A stretch of 57,331 nucleotides of DNA, counting the filler, from Jimgerdemannia flammicorona (lineage: Eukaryota), in NCBI GenBank assembly GCA_003990765.1. It is 3 parts of 3 records of this genome, joined end to end, with 100 filler letters (N's around TTAATTAATTAA, not from the genome) between each part and the next. Parts side by side here need not be neighbours in the genome. Positions count along the whole stretch, not along the records: positions 1 to 19,052 come from RBNJ01002041.1; 2 more parts are not named here. One strand, 5' to 3'. The translations under genes and the position numbers were made by a program. Below are positions 1 through 11,817 of the stretch, piece after piece; positions within the stretch are counted from its first letter, which is position 1, and every line of letters begins with the position of its first letter. The notes under the pieces are model-generated. The model was given only the letters and a program-made list of their open reading frames with translations, searched no databases and had not been told where the DNA came from.

Positions 1-510
1 TAGACTGGAGGTAATCATTAGGATTATAATAGATATTATTTTAGTAAGATCTTTTGATTGGTTAATAGATAATAATATAGTATAGTAACTAGTATCTTAG
101 TTATATCCAACTGGAACTAAGAGCTAATACAGTAATATAATTGAGACCTATAAATTTAAAGAGTGAGATCTTTCTTCTTAACTAAAATTAGAAGCTAATA
201 TAGTAATATAATTGAGGTCTGCAAGCTCAGAGAGTAGGATTAGAGTCTTTTTAAATCTTAGCCTATATATCAGTCCTTTTGAGATAGTCTTATATATAAG
301 TTCTTTACTCATCTATCATGAATCTATTCTACTTTTTATTGATTAATCGAAGAGTTTTTTTCTTTATCTCTGGCTTTTATTTAAGATTAGAAGAGTTATA
401 TTATTTAGTCTCAGTATTACTAAATCTAATATATATATATATTCTTATAGTATTGATCTAATAATTCAGCTCTAGTGAATAAATAAATCTAGTCTATATA
501 TTGTTAAGAC

Positions 511-625
511 TAGTACTCCTAAATGAATTGAATCAATTCAAATCAAATTGAATAGGGGATTTTTATATTTAAATTGAATTAAGGTCTGATTTAATTTGAA
601 TTAGTCAAATCAAATTAAATATCAA
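511..625 (+). mobile_element. Degenerate hAT-type terminal sequence (relic left end)
   Basis: TAGTACTCCTAAATGAATTGAATC resembles the TAGTGCTCCGAA terminus at 36165 and 27297 after C>T/G>A decay. It is followed by GAAT(C/T)-rich subterminal repeats. Confidence 0.45.
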
Positions 626-899
626 TTTAAAATTCTTAGTAGCTTATATCATAAGGTAATCAGTTTTTTATTTGAAAGATATATTACTTGAAATTTATAT
701 ATAAATATATAATCAAAATTTATATATAACTGAAATTCACACCTAATTAAAATTTATATATAACTAATGTATATTTTTAAAATTCTTATATACATATAAC
801 CCTAGTCTTGGTCTTGGTCTCAGCCATATCTAGTCATAGTAGTAGCTATCTAGTAAGTATTATTATATAATCTCTTTTTTAGTAGAAGATTAGAGATCA

Positions 900-1640
900 A
901 TAGATTGAGTTATTGATAGATTTTGAGAAGAGTATAATATGGGTTTCTATATCTTCTGCAATTGTTATAGCTTGTATGAGGTTGATCTTTAGTTTTTGGA
1001 GTAGTGACTTGAGTAGTAGCTTGGGTGGTTGCTTGGGTGATAGCAGTGACAGTGGTGGCTTAGATAATAGTAGTAACTTGGACTTGGGTAGTGACTTGAG
1101 CTTAGATAGTAGCTTGGGCTTAGATGACAGCTTGGGCTTAGATGGTAGCTTGGGCTTGGGTGATAGCTTGGGTGGTAGCTTGAGCTTAAGTAATAGCTTG
1201 AACTTAGGTGGTAGCTTGAGCTAGGGTGGCAGTAGCTTGGGCTTAGATAGCAGCTTGGGCTTAGGTAGTGTCTTCAGAGGCCTCAGGAGTAGAGACTTCA
1301 GGAACAACTTAAGGCGTAGCTTCTGGTATAGTTTTTGAGATGAAATGCTTAATTACTTCTTCAATTTTCTTCTTCTTCTTACATTTATCATCAGTCTTAG
1401 GTTCTTTATCATCTAACTAGATAACAATCTTATTGATAGCATTATTTATATTCTCAAAGACTTCAGAAAGATAGTCAATATAGAATTGAAGTTTTTTATA
1501 AGGTAAGATTATTTTTTGATTTTTTGGTTTATTTTTTATTATTAAAACTAGCTTATTTATATATATTTTACCTATACTTATTGTAATATCTAAAGCTCTT
1601 GATTTATACTTATTGTGCTCAGAAATGACTGTTTGGCTGG
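900..1640 (-). pseudogene. Decayed unknown coding sequence with Gln/Ala/Thr-rich repeats
   Basis: The frame of ORF 1417..1659(-) continues through TAG/TAA stops (explicable as CAG/CAA>TAR) into KKKKKIEE...PEVSTPEASED and then (Q)AQATT repeats. No family recognised. Confidence 0.3.
1005..1270. repeat. Imperfect tandem repeat with 12-18 bp units (AGCTTGGGCTTAGATGGT-like)
   Basis: Directly visible. It explains the low-complexity ORF 913..1224. Confidence 0.85.
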
Positions 1641-3465
1641 CATCACTTGGGTTATACAACCTTTGGAAAGTAACTACAACATCATTTTTGAAGAAAAGAG
1701 ACTAGTAACATAGCAATCAACAGGCAATCTGAGGTGTGTACTGGGCAGAGTGGCCTGAATACATTTGACTGGCAGCAGGTGGGGAGAGGCCCTGGCCTGG
1801 GAGGAGGTATGCAAAGACTACTGGTAGGTGGATATAGAAGGAGAGGAGGTGGTAGTGGAGAACAGAGATCTGAGAGGGCAAGCTTTGCAGAGATAGTGAA
1901 GGAGAGAAGACAGATGTCAGGGCTAGAGGGTTGGCTGAGAAAAGGCAAGGAAATAGAGAAGTGGTAGTATAGGAGGGAGTAGCCCTGGGCAGGGGGAGTG
2001 GTAGGGCTGGAGGTATAGTAGCTGGAGGGGGTGTGATGGCTGATGGAGATGAAACTGCTAATCTGGAAAAAAAATCCAGATGTGACTATGGATGGCATGG
2101 CTGAGTGACTGGGGCTTGGAAGCCAAGGAGATTTGGCAGATGGTGTAATGAGTCTGGCAGTAGTGCTGTTACTCAAGAAATCGATCTTGGCATTTACAGT
2201 GATACTGTACTTCCAGGGCCTAGCAGTGATGACGAAAATGGTACTGGGGTGACTGGAGCAGCATCCATAAAGTTTTTGAAGAGACTGAAGAGAGTAGAGG
2301 TGGGCTTTGAGGAGGTTGAGCCTTTGGAGGAAGCACTAAAGGTTGGATTGATAGTTGGAGAGGTGTGTGTTTTAATGGCATACTGTCTGAAATGGGATCC
2401 CAGGGTGGTTCAATTGATGGTGAAAGGAGTGTCCATGGTGATAGCAGTGGAGACAAGAAGGAGAGTTGAGGAGGTCATGGTGGAGTATGGAGAGGTTGTG
2501 GATATTGGATTCAGAGTCTGGGAGAGGACCTTGCTCAGAACTGGAGATGTGGATATGAGGGTTCGGCTAGCAGAGAAAGAAGCTACCAGGAAGGCAAGGG
2601 ACTGGCCTTTGAAGATGGTCTGGGGGGCAATCTTGTGTAAGGTAACAAGGGTGAAGGGGAGTGAGGAGGAGGAAGAGGACTTATTAGAAGTACTGAAAGA
2701 GTTGAGTAGTACTGTGGAGTGGTGGGCGAAGGCTTGGAAGGCTTTTGAGGAGGCAACACACTTGGAGGTAGTGGATGGAAGGCAGATTCAAGTAAATAAG
2801 GAGCAGTGGGAATGAGATCAGGGATGTAAGAGATAGAAGAAACTGCTGACAAAGATGACAGATAGGTCTCTGAAGAATATGAGTAGAATGGTGGACACAG
2901 AGAGGACCAAAGTGAGTGTCTGGGTAGGTGAGGGTAGTGGGAGTGCTGGGAAGGGGACCAGTGAGAACAGGGAGGTAACTAGCAATGATCTATATACTGA
3001 TGGTATGCTTGAGGTTTGGGAGGAGACATGGGAGGACTCCCCTATCCCTACTCTCCTTATCAGGCATGGTCCAGCTTCCTGAAGCAGAGTGGTAGAGGAT
3101 GTGCCAATGCGGGGGGCCCAGCAAGTGCAATTTAGAGTTTCAGAGGTAACAAAAGGGAGACAAGTGGTGGTGGCCAGTGAGGAGGAACTGGTGGATGTCT
3201 CAGAGGAGTAGGATGAGGCTGCAAGTGCTGGGGCTGACACCACAATACTGGAGGGCAGGAGGCCAGTGACTCCTAGAGGAAAGGAGGTGGGGAACTTACT
3301 TTGAATATACAGGAAGATGAACAACCTGGTAGCCAAGGAGCTGGGAGAGGTGGATTTGAGGGTAATGAGTGATGAGCATTAGATGCAGATCCTGCAGGGG
3401 GATGGAGTGGTGATGATATTGAAGGCAAAAATTCTTATAGTGTATCTGAAGGAGGAAGGCTATGA
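1640..3465 (+). mobile_element. LINE copy 1 (L1/Tx1-like), 5' part with decayed ORF1, interrupted by Gypsy A1
   Basis: FDWQQVGRG, ASIKFL..VEVGFEE, WDPRVVQL and RTGDVDMRVRLA match ORF1 at 52081..54009. The reading EEGY|EVDE resumes after 13887. The 5' boundary is approximate. Confidence 0.85.
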
Positions 3466-5513
3466 TGTAAGTGCACAACCTCCAAGCCACTGAAATTATA
3501 TGTCACCCTCTGAACAAGCCACTGAAATCACACGTGACCTCTGAACAAATCTGGAAATCACCTGCTTGATCATAAAGCTGAGTCAAACTGAAGTCACAGC
3601 ATATAAAGCTGAGTCAATATGAAGTCACAGAACACAAGATTTACACAAATGGAATCTTACCAATCAGGATCAAATACATATATACCAAGCACCGAGATGT
3701 GTCAAATCAGAGAACCAAAACAAAACAACAAACTACAACTTCCAAACATACAAACATGACCACTGAGATCTATACCCATATTCATGCTGACATTTGGAAT
3801 ACCATTATCAACTGAGCCACACCCTCTCTGCCCCTCATGAATATCCATAGCCTAGCACTCCTCTACTTCATGGAAGCCCAATGGAATGCTATGAATATGC
3901 TTAGTAAGGCCCACCAAATTAGACAAATCTCAAGCTACTACCAGATCGGCTGCCTCCTGGAAGGCATGATTGAACACCACTATGATACAGACATTATCCA
4001 GATGTCTCAACATCAGAAGCTCATCGCCTGCAAACATTGAGAACTCTTCTATGAGTATAGCACCATTATTCTCTATCTTCGAGTTACTACAGCTGAAATG
4101 GTTGCTACTCTATCCTATGGCCAAATTGACAATATGATATAAGAACTCAACCATAAGTACCTCGAGTATGTCAAAACTACAGACAGAACCTTCCCACACC
4201 CCAATGATTATATCCTGCAAATGCCCCAAGTTGGATACACTATAAAAGACATCTATGATATAATCCACTTCAATGAAGACAAAGCAGAAGATAATGATCT
4301 CTCTGATACCAACATGACCTCTAGCTAAGGATCTCTGCCAACCCTGATCACACCACCAACCTTGTCAATGAACTTACAACAATTTATAACAGCATATGAG
4401 ACTTATTGGGACAATGACTACTAGCACGAATACCAACCCACATTCACCCCCGATTACTTCAACTACAATGAAGAGACCAGAGAACACAACCTGTACCTCC
4501 AGACAATCCTTGAGATTGAATCAACCACCCCACTACCTGAGTATGAGTGACATGAACCACAGCCGCCAGCTTACTATAACCCTGCAACTCATAGTACTAT
4601 AATCTACCAAAGGTATGTAGACAGCGAATCTGATGAAAGTGAAGATGATGCACCCCTCCTTTGCCCACCAACACCTTATCCAGCATATGAGACTGATGAT
4701 GTCACCTTGTGGGATGGAGATGAAGTTCCAATATATTATTACCTCAGTGAACAAGAAGAAGTAATCCATGAACCACTCTTCCTAGATGACTACTTTATCA
4801 GAGATGATGCAATTGATGGTGATATTATCGAAGACTACCCAGACAGTACCTAAACCTATAAATAGCCTAGCAGTCATAATATACTTAGATTAGCCTTATA
4901 TTATGTGACTGTGAACTAACTCAGCAGTTAGACGATCTCTTGATATGTCAGATCACTCTTGTACTATATGACTACATTCCAACTCAGCAAGGCACTTAGT
5001 GCTACATCTATATCTAACATAGTCTAGATAGCCCCTCACTAGTATAAATACCCCCTCCCCCAGACCTCAGAATCTCAGACTCGAATACATAAGAATATTC
5101 TTGAATACTTCCCCCACAATATCTCTTCACACAACTACTCCTAGTATAGCAATATCATGAATAGCGAATAAATCTATTTAATAACCCACAAACCACTCTT
5201 AAGTAAATCCACTCCCCGTTAGGTCCCACTCCTAACCCCATCATGAAATTTCCTAATTGGGTATTGTCTACAGTGATATGCCAATTCAACTAAGCTGGTC
5301 TTAGTTTCTTGAAGTTTCTGAAATACAGAAAATCCTGAACATCCAGAACTAGTCTGAAAAAGGACTTTGGTTGAGATGTCAACCTGAACTTGAAATTAAT
5401 AAGTGTAGAGGATGTACTCCATATAAAATTGATCCTGACCATAAGAAAACAGTCTTTCAGAATATCCTTCCAGAACTACATAATAGTTACCCTAAAAAAG
5501 CAACCCTCTTACA
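3466..5513 (+). repeat. 5' LTR of A1 (2048 bp)
   Basis: TG...CA ends; direct repeat of 11818-13887; TATAAATA at 5043 and AATAAA at 5167. Confidence 0.95.
3756..4853 (+). pseudogene. 365-codon accessory ORF inside the family A LTR (U3), unknown function
   Basis: ATG(MTTEIY) to (EDYPDST)TAA. The span is the same 1098 nt at 12108-13205 and 49517-50614(-). The stops I traced are C>T/G>A changes that are sense codons in other copies. Confidence 0.8.
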
Positions 5514-5516
5514 ACT

Positions 5517-5531
5517 TGGTAGCAGCAGTTT
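5517..5531 (+). promoter_or_regulatory. Primer-binding site of A1 (TGGTAGCAGC..., possibly tRNA-iMet-like)
   Basis: TGG motif 3 nt after the LTR end. The tRNA identity is an inference. Confidence 0.6.
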
Positions 5532-5620
5532 ACAATCTAATTCCACTTCAAGATGCTTCCTCACCCTGCTACAAACTCTTCTGCGAATTCCTACAAGTTG
5601 GTATAAAGCCCAATCTCTGA

Positions 5621-8600
5621 ACTGAAATTTATTCTGAACCATCTGATAATCTGGAGAGAATTGAACCTGATGTACAAGAACAATTTGACCTCTACACCTG
5701 CAACAAGTGGGATAAACTTCATTCAAAGAAAGAAGTACTCTGGTTAAACCAGCAAATAGGCGAAACTCTATTCACTGAACTCCTTGCACTACACCCAGCA
5801 AGTCAAGACAAAGAAGGTCTTATTGAAGCCTTCTTTACTCTTCTCAACAAGAGTTTTGTCAGCTCCACAAATCTGAGCAACCTAGGACAACCAGCAGCAG
5901 TCTTTCTAGCCTTAGTTCCTCATGAAGCCCAAGTCTCTGTAGCCAAGTGGCTCAACTCTACCGACTTTTACTGTACCAGGACCAAGACTGCATTATACTA
6001 CCAATTCCAGAACAGCAAGGCTCACCATATTCTTAAAGAAGAAGCAAGAGAAACCCTTCATCAACTACCTGACCCCAAACCTGAAGCAGACCCTGCTACA
6101 GCCCTACCTGAATCTGAAACCAATACTGAATCTAAACTTGACTTTGAATTAAGTCTATCTGAAATCAGATATACAACTGATTCTGTCTACTTCAATACTG
6201 AGCAAACCCAATTACACGGGGACCAAACTGAAGAAGAGGAGGAGTATCTCAGTAAATTTGATCCCAGATATACCACCAAAGGAGAAGTACCTCCATCAGG
6301 ACAGAATACACCTACACAGCAACAAACAGTTATCTATCAAGCCCTCACTCCAGATCCACAACTACTACTCCAGCAACTTACACAGACCCAAAGAACCCCA
6401 TCACACTCTGCACTAGTACCTCAAGTAGTACCAGTAACACCACTACCAGTAGTCCAACCACCTCTAGTAAACAATATGGTGAACTAACAGATTCTAGACC
6501 TCACAGCCCAAGTAGCCATAATGGTAGCAACCATTACTACCTTAGCTAAACAGACCTGACCTACCAAAAATCTGAGCCTACCTACCTTCAATGGTACTGC
6601 ACAAGAAGTCTAAAGCTTTATTAGTATAGTTGACACCAACTTCAAAGCCAATCAATGGACCAATGAGCAAGTTGCAGACCACATTCTGACAAATAATCAA
6701 GACCACACTCTGGAACAACTCTTTGCTACCACTACAGCCTATGTCCGCTAAGTTATTACATTCTTCTGAGGACCTGCCAAAGAATGGTGGTGAACCCTTC
6801 CTGAAAAACCCCTCACATGGGATACCCGACCTACAGTAGTTGCTCAGAATGTAGCAAACAATGCCCCAGGATATAGAGCCCATCCTGCAGCCCCTGGACT
6901 CAAATAACTCATAATTGCTCAATACCACAGCAAAACCATGATTGCTGAATCTTGAGTAAAACTCTGTAACCTCAAATTTGACATATATGGCAAAGAAGAA
7001 TTTGAAACCTTCTGTACAAAACTCAAGTCACTCCTGAACACTGTTGGCCTAGGATATATTGCCAATGATGAAGCATGAAATGGTACAAAAGCAGACCACT
7101 TATTTGATGCCCTGCCTGAATGGCTTACTAGAAAAATCTGAGAACAAGGCCGCCCAGTTGGTTGTGACTACCAACAATAGTGCCTGGCAAGAATCAAGAC
7201 TATGGTCAAGCAAATCCTAACAGCTGGACCAATTCTGCCCTGAAGACAATTCAACAACAAGGACCAAGAAAGAAGAACCCAAGCATGAAGCATCCTGAGC
7301 TCCCTCTACATCCACCTCTTGGACACCTAGAAATCATGAACCCACCCAGCCAAGTACCTTCAAGAAACTCACTGAAGGTGAAAGAAATGAACTTCAAAGA
7401 AGCAGAGTATGCTTCTATTGCCGAAAGACAGGACATATGGCCAGTGTCTGCCCTAACTGAAAACCCCAAACAGCAACATGAGCAACTGTTACCACTCTGC
7501 ATTACCTCAACAATCTGACCACCAGAATACTGGACTTTGTCAAGTTAAGACAAACTGCTAAGGCCCCAACCAAAGGAAGTCAGAAAGCAGCTGGATATGA
7601 TCTGTATGTAGCCAAAGAAGCTACAGTTTCCAACTGAGAAGTCAAACAAGTCTATATAGGAATCAGTATCCAAATCCCTGAAGGATATGTTGGAAGCATA
7701 TGCTGTTGCAGCAGCCTAGTATTGAAAGAACTCTCAGTAGAAGAAGGAGTCATTGACGAGGATTACACAGGTGAAATTATTGTCCTCATCTGAAACCACA
7801 GTTGGACACCCTTCAAGATCCCTATTGGTTTCTGCATCACCCAGATCCTGTTCAAAAAAATTGAGTCAACCCTGACAGTCAAGGAAGTCCCTGAACTACT
7901 GCCCACCATCCAAGGATCCAAAGGATTTAGCTCATCAAACAAGGTCCCAACTCAACCTATCACAAGCAAAGAAGAACAATTCTACAAGAAGATTAAAGAT
8001 GGATATGTACCAAGTGGCTGATGCCCTCATGACATTGGAATGTACTCTTCTCAAATGATTGATGATTGCTTCTCTTGTATCAATGAACTGGCTCAAAGAA
8101 GAACTAACAGAAGAAAAGCTCCTATAACTGAAATCACCACCATTGGATCAGACAAACTGCTCACACTTAAGGCTTTTGTCAACTGAGCACCTGTCAAGAT
8201 TATGATAGACAGTGGTGCCTCAGGCAACTTCATCAATGAAGAAACAGCCAACAGACTTAAGGTCTTCACCTCTCTGGTACAACAAACCCAAGCAGTGGCC
8301 ACAGCCAATGGAACCTCACATGTTATTAGCAAGGAAGTCCACAACCTATCCTTCCGAATTGGCAACTACCGAGTATATATTACCCTCCAAATCGTACCAC
8401 TTCCTGATAATGAAATCATCCTTGAGACTCTATGGTTAAAACAAGAGAACCCCATGATCGATTGGATAAACCATTCTCTGACCATCAAGAAAGGATGCCA
8501 CAACTTCAAACTGCAAGGTGAGAAGGACCCACTTAATTCTAGTGACCCTGGACCAAAGATCACCCACATCAACAAGCTACAACTCAAGAAATTGGCCAAG

Positions 8601-11597
8601 AAATGCCCTCTCTTTGCAATCTCCATCTGCCCATCCAAAGGAGAACCCAAGAACTCTGAAGAAGATCTTTCCAAAGTTGACAGCTATGTCAGACCACTAC
8701 TCCAGAAATTTTAAGACATATTCCCGAAAAAGCTCCTAAAAGGCCTACCTCTCAAACAAGCAGTAGACCATGCAATCAAGACTATCTCAGATGCCAAACC
8801 AGCCTTCAAGTCAATCTACCACATGTCTCCAAGAGAAATTGATGCACTTAAGAAAGAAATTGACGAACTCCTAAAACAAGGATTTATTAGACCCAGTATA
8901 TCATCTTATGGTGCACCAGTCCTATTTGTTGTCAAGAAAGAAGGAGACCTGCAAATGTACATTGACTACCGCAATCTCAATGAACAGACTATCAAGAACT
9001 GTTGCCCACTACCTAGAATCAATGAAATATTTAATAGGCTCATAAACCTGCAATTCATGAGCTCCTTTGACCTGCAAAATGGTTACTGGCAAATTACTAT
9101 AAAAGAAGAAGACACCTACAAGACAGCTTTCTGAACTTGCTATGGATACTTCGAGTTCCTGGTTATGCCCTTTGGCTTAACTAATGCTCCAGCAACCTTC
9201 CAGACACTGATGAATACCATTCTGCATCTATACCTGGACAAATTCATTGTTGTCTATATTGATGACATCCTAGTCTTCAGCAAAACTCTGGAGGAACATC
9301 TTGAATACCTTGAACTAGTACTACTGAAACTCTGAGAAAACTGACTCTTTGCAAAACTCAGCAAGTGTGAATTTTTTCTGAAAGAAATTCAATTTCTTAG
9401 ATACATTGTCACTCTAAATAGAATCAAAGTAGACCCCAGAAAAATCTCTGCAATCAAGGATTGGCCCAGACCCAAGAAGCTGAAAGACCTCCAGTCATTC
9501 CTAGGATTAGCAAACTATTACAGGTGATTTGTTACCAACTTTGCTAAAATTGCTACTGCCCTCACCCAAATGACCAAGCACAGCAAGAAACAAGAACAAC
9601 CCTAGACCATGAAACAAGAGAAAGACTTCAACAATCTTGTAAATTGGAGACCTGAGCAAGATACCACCTTTTAAGCACTGAAGGATGCCTTGATAACTAC
9701 TCCAGTACTTCAAGCGGCAAATCCTGCCCTACCATATGAAGTCACTACTGATGCCTCTGATCTAGCTCTTGGAGCAGTGCTCATGCAAGAAGGACACCCT
9801 GTGGCCTATCACACCCACAAGTTCAATGATACTGAAATTAACTATGCAATCCATGAGAAGGAAATACTAGCCATCATAGATACTCTGATCTAATGGTAAC
9901 CCTACTTAGAAGGAGCACACTTCACCATATTGACTGACCACAAATCATTAGTCAATATCAAGACACAGGCTACCCTTTCTTGAAAGCAAGCCAGATAGAT
10001 GAAAGTCCTCACCAACTTTGACTATGAAATCCAGTACCACTCTGGCAAGGAAAACATTGTTGCTGATGCAATCTCCAGACCACCCATTGAAGAAGTTATC
10101 CAAACTCTGACCTTGGTTACCAATACTATCATGGAACAAATCATTACAGCATATGTTGATGATAAGGAAGCTCAAGCACTCTGAGAAATCCTGAACAGTG
10201 ATGATACTGACAATCATACTCAGTACAATTAATACCAACTGAAGGACAATGCTATCTACTATAAGAATAGACTATATGTCTCAAACAACTGAAACCTCCA
10301 AAGGACTATCCTATTCAAATTTCATGATGCCCCTATAGCTAGACATTTAGGATTTGATAAATATTATGAAGTTATCTCCTGAAACTTCTATTGGCCCTGC
10401 ATGGCAGATCAGCTCAAAACCTACATTACTTCCTGTAATGCCTGCCAATAAAACAAGTCCTCAACACTAGCAAAACCTGGCTTACTTCACCCTATCCCAG
10501 TACTATCTGCGAATTGGAAACAAATCTCTATGAACTTTATTGTACAACTATCCCGAACCAAGAATGGGAAAGATGCAATTGTTGTCTTTGTGGATTATCT
10601 CAGCAAACAAGCCCACTTTGTACCTACTACCACTACCACAACAGCACCAGACATAGCCACACTCTTATTTGACAACATCTTCTACTATTATAGTCTTCTT
10701 AAGATCATTATTAGTGACTGAGACCCAAAATTCACCAGCCATTTTTGGAAAGCCCTCCATGCACACCTTGGAACAAAACTTGCACTATCCACAGCCTTTT
10801 ACTCTAAAACTGATGGCCAAACTGAAAGAATGAACCGAACTCTGGAACAAATGCTAAGGAACTATGTTTTCTACAGACAAGATGATTGGCATGAATATCT
10901 CACTGCAGTCGAGTTCACCTATAACAACAGTAAGCAAGCCTCTCTTGGAATGACCCCATTCTTCGCCAATATTAGACAAAACCCAAACACCCCTTTGACA
11001 CTCATCCAAACTACTAAAGAACCCTCTACAGTCAAAGCTATTGAAGAATTCCTGCTCCGAATGCGTAACCTAAGCCAGATCACAATCGAGAATTTATCAT
11101 GAACTCAAGAACAACAGTCATAGTATATTAACCAACACTATAGAGAAGAAATCTTTGATATTGGAGAAAAAGTTCTACTGGACATCAGAGGATACCAAGT
11201 TGACAACCTCAAGTACAGACTATCTACAAAGCTGAACAGCAAGTTCATTGGACCATTTGAAGTCATTGTACAAGTCTCTCTAATCTCCTACAAATTGGTG
11301 CTACCAGACACTATTAAGATTCACTCAGTCTTTAATGTCCAACATCTCAAGCGATACAATGAGAATAATGATGAGCTATTTCCAAACCGGACTACCAAAC
11401 CACCTGCACCTATCATTATTAATGACCAAGAAGAATACGAAGTTGAACAAATCCTCAACAAATGTGGTCACAAGAACCACCCTGAGTACCTTGTTAAATA
11501 GAAAGGTTATCCAATCCATGATGCAACCTGGGAACCTAAGACCAATCTCCAGAATGCTACCAACTTAGTTCAGGAATATGATTCCTTGAACAACTAA
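5621..11597 (+). pseudogene. A1 gag-pol: long N-terminal extension, Gag with CCHC knuckle, dUTPase, aspartic protease, RT, RNase H, integrase, chromodomain
   Basis: (R)GPAKEWW at ~6770; CFYCRKTGHMASVC at 7410; IDSGA at 8205; VYIDDILV at ~9252; TDASD at ~9750; integrase core DGQTERMNRTLEQMLR; GPF; chromodomain EYEVEQIL..YLVK*KGY..ATWEP at ~11430-11580. Many nonsense codons. Confidence 0.92.
7530..7935 (+). pseudogene. dUTPase domain of A1, between Gag and protease
   Basis: AAGYDL, SSL, GVIDEDYTGEI and (R)GSKGFSSS correspond to trimeric dUTPase motifs. Confidence 0.9.
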
Positions 11598-11804
11598 AAC
11601 CGAATACTCTGACACCTATCCATACATACTATATACTATACCTTCTGAATATTATAATTATCACAAACCAAACCAAGAACTCAGCAAAACAAGACAAGAA
11701 TACCGACCCTCTGGAAAAATAGCAAAACTGAAAACTTTTGACCTCCCAAATGGTGTAACAACACTAGAACAAATTAGAAGGCCCCGATGAGGACATTGAA
11801 AGCT

Positions 11805-11816
11805 AAGAAGGGAGAG
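11805..11816 (+). promoter_or_regulatory. Polypurine tract of A1
   Basis: AAGAAGGGAGAG immediately before the 3' LTR. Confidence 0.85.
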
Positions 11817-11817
11817 T

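Noticed and set aside
913..1224. 103-aa ORF with a hydrophobic N-terminus and Gly/Ser/Leu repeats
   Set aside because: It has a TTG start and arises from a tandem repeat. It is more likely the antisense of a decayed minus-strand frame.
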